A stretch of 42,184 nucleotides of DNA from Cercozoa sp. M6MM (taxonomy: Eukaryota; Protista; Endomyxa: Ascetosporea), in NCBI GenBank assembly GCA_040357565.1, contig JBDODJ010000096.1; one strand, given 5' to 3'. Below are positions 37,678 through 42,184 of the stretch, in pieces (positions within the stretch are counted from its first letter, which is position 1; each line of letters starts with the position of its first letter). A program made the position numbers and the translations under genes. Below the pieces are notes generated by a model. That model saw only the letters and a list, made by a program, of their open reading frames with translations. It made no database searches and had not been told where the DNA came from.

Positions 37678-39978
37678 ATGGGCCGCGGAGGCAGCGAGTC
37701 GATGCTGTCGGACATGGTTGCTTCTGTTTACAAAATCGGTTTAGGAAAATGTCTCGATTTTGTATGTCTGCGCGCGCGAGTGTGTGTGTGTCTGTGTGTC
37801 TGTGTGCGTGTCTGTGTCTGTGTCTGTGTCTGTGTCTGTGTCTGTGTGTGTGCACTGATTGTCATGAATGCATGTACACAGGCCCTGACGCAGTCGGCAT
37901 CAGCTATGCTAAGCGGCATGGTGGACACGTCTAATCCGATCCTCGCTTTCATGGTACCCGTGCATCACGCATTGTTGTCAATCTAAAATTACCTTATAGT
38001 GGAATTTCGTGGTAATCACGCTAATCGGTGCTGTCGCTGCGGCCGTCCGCGACGGCGACTTGGTGCAGAAAATCAAAAGGCTCTTTTCCAGCGACGACAA
38101 AATGGGTTTCTCCCTGCGGTTCCGCGCCAAGGACCCGATGAGCGTGTGGTCACACCGCATTCTTTCGTCTAACGAGTTGTACAACTGCATTTTTTGTGTA
38201 TTGAGTCGCAACAAGTCGCTGTTTCTGTGGCAGCAAGGCGTGGCTCGGAATGATTCGCGAAGTCGTCCAGAACAAATCCAAGGTCTTCTTTCTTGCCTTG
38301 CCTTTCCTTGCCTCGATACCCCAAACGTTCCATTTATTGTGGGGCTTTTTGTAGGACAGCACTGCAGGCGAAGGTCTCAAATACCTGCAGGAATTTCTGA
38401 ACGCTGGAAGTATCTACGATGATGAGTCGTCCGAGTACATTCACTGTCTTTGGGTCGCGTGAGAAGGTTTTTGGCTGGATGGACGAGTGGTGTCTGGTGC
38501 AGTACGAGTGAGTCTCGCTTCATGCCGGATCAGGTGGAGTCGTTCCGTTTGGACGAGCACATTTGGTAAAGTTTAATGCCATGCGCAATCCTGTTTGTTT
38601 TTTTACAGCGTTTTCCCTGTTTGCAGGATCAAGTTCGAGGAAAATCGTCAGACAGATAATAACAAGACTACCATAAATTATGACCTGCGTATGTTGCCTG
38701 TTCTTCAACGTGTGAAACCTTTCATCGCCTCCTTCTTGGCAGATGTGTTCGTACGCGACTACAACAAGAAGCAATACCTCCTCGACAAGCACATTGAGGT
38801 ACTCTTCTTTGTCTTTTTGTCTAGGTCTGGCTCACCCGTACCGTTCTTCCCGGCTCTTTTGATTCTTTGATTTTTAAAGGTGATGGAGATGTACCACGAA
38901 GCTGCACGCACGCGACTGAAGAAGCCGCATATTTTTGTGCTTGGCGGCGCCGATGAGGTACTTGGTTGGCATGATACTGTCCGAATGTACGTGTCAGGAG
39001 TTAATTCGCTGCAGGATCAGGATAGTATCACGTGGAAGATGTACCCGTTCTCGTCAACGCGCAAGATGGAGGTAGCCCCGCGTATGCACTTGTGTACGCA
39101 TAGTGTGTACGTGTGTGTAGCACGTTTGGTTCAAGCAACGCAACGAGTTCCTTACGGCTTACAACAACTTCGTAAACGGACGCGAGTACCTTTTCTTGAC
39201 ATGACATGACACAAACCACCCGTTTTTCTCACACCGCACAACCTGGCTGATCAGAGCGTACGAGCGACGTGGCGACCCTTGGACCTTCTCGGCTTTGCTC
39301 TTTGGACACCCTGGCTGCGGCAAGAGTACCTCATCCTCTTCGCTGTCGTTAGGGAGTGGTCGCCAGAGACTAGGTGTGCTATATGGATATGGTGTGGCAC
39401 AGCCTCTCTGCTCAAAGCGATTGCAAACGAGGCCAAACAGACCGGAAACGGTACCCTCGTCTGCCGTTCTTTGTGTTCTTTGGTGTCAATGTAAATGTGT
39501 ATTGTCTTTCTGTTTATAGTTCGGCACATGTTCGTGATCCCATTCCAGAAGATCGAATCGGCTGATATGCTGACACGCGTCATCTTTGATGAACAGGTAC
39601 TGTACCACTATTGGTTGCGTGCGTCTGTACGGGATACATGCAACAAAGCAAGGGGAATATTATCTAGGTGAACGGTTACCGCATCCCGCTCCATCAGCGC
39701 ATGCTCGTGTTTGAAGATTTCGATGCCAATGAGAGTACCAACCGCCTTGTCTTTCTGTTTCTTTGCTAGGATACCCCGCCCGTACCGTTATCTTTCTGTG
39801 TTTAGGCGCCAAGGTTTTCAAGAAACGCAAGAACCTCGGCACGTCGCAGAGCGAGAAGGAGCGCGACAACGAGATGCTAGCACAGGTGGGTCGCTCCTAT
39901 TCCACTGATTTTGTTGCCCTTCGCTGTTTGTGTTACTCTTTTTCGCTGCTTTTGTTCCTCTTCTCCCTGTTTTTGTTA

Positions 39979-40038
<60 letters not shown>

Positions 40039-40281
40039 ATTTCTTTCTTTCTTTCTTTCTCTCTATATATCCGTATAATTTTGCAGATGGTCATGGCGCA
40101 GCAGGCGATGATGCTTGGCGCCAGCAACAATAAGAGCGGCAAGAAGTCTTCCGACAACTCAGGTACGCTGAACAGTATCGGCACATTGCTTTATCTCATG
40201 TATGTAACTGTTCAGAGAGCGACGAGAAGAATGAAGATGCTGACAAGCCGCCTTCGTACCCTTTCATCTCGATACACATGT

Positions 40282-40329
<48 letters not shown>

Positions 40330-40339
40330 NNNNNNNNNN

Positions 40340-40388
<49 letters not shown>

Positions 40389-41417
40389 TATGTGAGTATG
40401 TGAGTGTGTGAGTGTGTATGCGTGAGTGTTTAAACAGAACCAAGAAAAAGTCGTCCGACAGCCCGGACCTCTTGTCTGGCTTGTCTCTGGGTTCCTTTGG
40501 CAGCAAGAAGCTAAAGATTAGTCTCTCAGAAGTGTTGAATGTAAATTCTACGCTAATTATTTTTTCGCTTTGATTTTATTAATTTTTTACTGACTTAAAT
40601 TTTAGGCGCTGGATGGATTAAATGAGCGTACAGGAAGTATTGCTTTGTGGACGACAAAGTAAAGCATCAGACAATAATTGTTTTCATCTTGACTTTGTTA
40701 TTTTTAATTGTTTGCAGCATCATGAACCCTCGCGCTCACTTCGACCCTGCATGTATACCGTGTTTACCCGTGTCCCTCTCTCCCCTGCTTGGTTTATGTT
40801 GTCTGTGTAGTCCTTCGTCCTGGTCGCATGGACCTGATTATTGAGTTCACGCCCGCTGATGCTGAGGGTACCTACTTTCTTGGAGAGTGTGGATGTGATG
40901 CGCGACATGTGATGCCTTTCGGGACCGTGATGTGTGTGTATGTGTGTTCTGGTCAGGTGTCGCCTTCCTGGTGCGCCGTTTCTTTGGCCTCGGCGAAGAG
41001 GAACTCACGGCCGAGCACGTGCGCAAGGCTGGTGTCGACGAGGACGTGTTCACACCGGCGCAGATCAAACAGGTTTGCAAGGAGTCGACTTGCGCCGATG
41101 ATGCACTCATGACGCTGCAGAAACAGTGCGTGAAGGTGCCACCTCCGGTGCTGACACGCATGTGGTCGCAGGGCCCAATCCCGCTGACAGAAGGCGTTGC
41201 CAAGGTACTCTTTAGATGCTCTCAGCATCTCAGTTCAACCAGCAATTTTCTGTAAGTCCGTATGCGTGCTTTTAACCAGGTGGAAGTCGACGTGTCTGAC
41301 GATTCCGCTGTTGTGGCCGCTGCTAGTACCCATACTATCAAGGCCGTGACCAGCGCGGATCTCGACACCACTGCGGAAGTCATCGAAGATGACATGCCCA
41401 TCGACTATGATGACTGA
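37678..41417 (+). CDS. BCS1-like AAA+ ATPase, multi-exon
   Basis: RAYERRGDPWTFSALLFGHPGCGKTSLLKAIAN (Walker A), RMLVFEDFDA (Walker B), ISLSEVLNALDGLNE, LRPGRMDLIIEF (Arg finger) and FTPAQI, with an N-terminal hydrophobic segment. Stop TGA at 41415-41417. Confidence 0.85.
39982..40386. repeat. (CT)n (~39982-40035) and (TG)n (~40283-40386, with a 10-N gap) microsatellites in AAA ATPase introns
   Basis: Direct reading. Confidence 0.9.
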
Positions 41418-41532
41418 CTCGACTAGTACTGTAGTGACCCAATGCGATCGTTGTATAAAAGATGCTGTAGTAGTAGTGGGGTATGCATGGCGGGGTTTTC
41501 TTGAGGCAAAATCAGAATTAAATAGAGGATAA

Positions 41533-41562
41533 GGGGTGAGGGGGCGAAAGGGGGGGTGGGGG
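41533..41562 (+). other. G-quadruplex-forming motif
   Basis: GGGG-TGA-GGGGG-CGAAA-GGGGGGG-T-GGGGG, downstream of the AAA ATPase stop. Confidence 0.55.
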
Positions 41563-41631
41563 TAAAGAGGTAGATGTTTGGGGTTCGGTTTTGCTTCGAA
41601 AACCCCGACATACCCGTAGTAGTGTCTTACG

Positions 41632-42098
41632 TTATCCTTGTAACTGTAGGCCCATGCGTTTCGATAGTGGTCTGCAGTCTCGGTCGTGCATGCAGGTTCT
41701 TCTACGGTACCGTACCGACCGCGCTGATGGCGTTGTGAGCCGAAAAGCGATGTCTCTAGAAATGCCCATCATGGGGCATGCTGGTAAAGTAGTAAAAGCG
41801 GCTTCGAAATCGAGGTCGAGGTCGCGTCGCAATCGCCCGAATTCCTGGACAAATAATTGCTTTATTAGCGAGATCCTGCCGGCGGCCAGCCTTGCGCTTG
41901 CGCAGCCGTGACGGCACTCAAGTCGGCGTCATCGTTTTCTGCCAATAGTTAAAGCGGACTGTTTACTCAACACCTTCAAAAGACAATGCGGTATACAATG
42001 CAGCATACCGACGACGGCACGTGCGGCGCGCAGCACGGTCTTTTCGGACACGAGCAGCGACAGCAGCGACTTCTCGGCGGCTGAAGCGTCCGACATTC
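41632..42098 (-). CDS. 3' exons of a gene entering from the right edge (product uncertain)
   Basis: CAG..GT-bounded exon 42098-42009 (MSDASAAEKSLLSLLVSEKTVLRAARAVV), then ENDDADLSA and EFGRLRRDLDLDFEA. The xLxxEKxxL pattern weakly recalls the C-terminus of SETD3/LSMT-type proteins. The stop position is uncertain. Confidence 0.35.
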
Positions 42099-42137
42099 CT
42101 GTGGAATACGTGCGTGTGTGTGTGTGTGTGTGCGTGC

Positions 42138-42184
<47 letters not shown>

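Overview
Eukaryotic (protist-like) nuclear DNA that is gene-dense and very intron-rich. Introns are mostly ~50-100 nt GT-AG, and the long (TG/CA)n microsatellites and all six N-gaps lie within them. The six-frame ORFs are therefore fragments, and I spliced gene models by hand. Left to right: partial AZUL-domain (UBE3A-like) E3 ligase (-), bacterial-type TrmH/SpoU methyltransferase (+), divergent BBS7 (+), VPS41 (-), G-protein alpha subunit (+), NAD+-dependent DNA ligase LigA with a probable mitochondrial presequence (-), SV2-like MFS transporter (+), CAF-1 large subunit (+), an unrecognised protein (+), COX15 (-), SUN-domain protein (+), a small NZF-WWE-RING E3 ligase (-), a BCS1-like AAA+ ATPase (+) and a partial gene (-). 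Highlights are (1) an intron-containing, BRCT-less, apparently mitochondrion-targeted bacterial-type NAD+ ligase, (2) a conserved ~90-110 nt structured element directly after the stop codons of both COX15 and the SUN gene, (3) the NZF-WWE-RING architecture and (4) a +4C-biased, degenerate 5' splice-site signal. All family assignments come from remembered motifs, not database searches, and exon boundaries are manual estimates.
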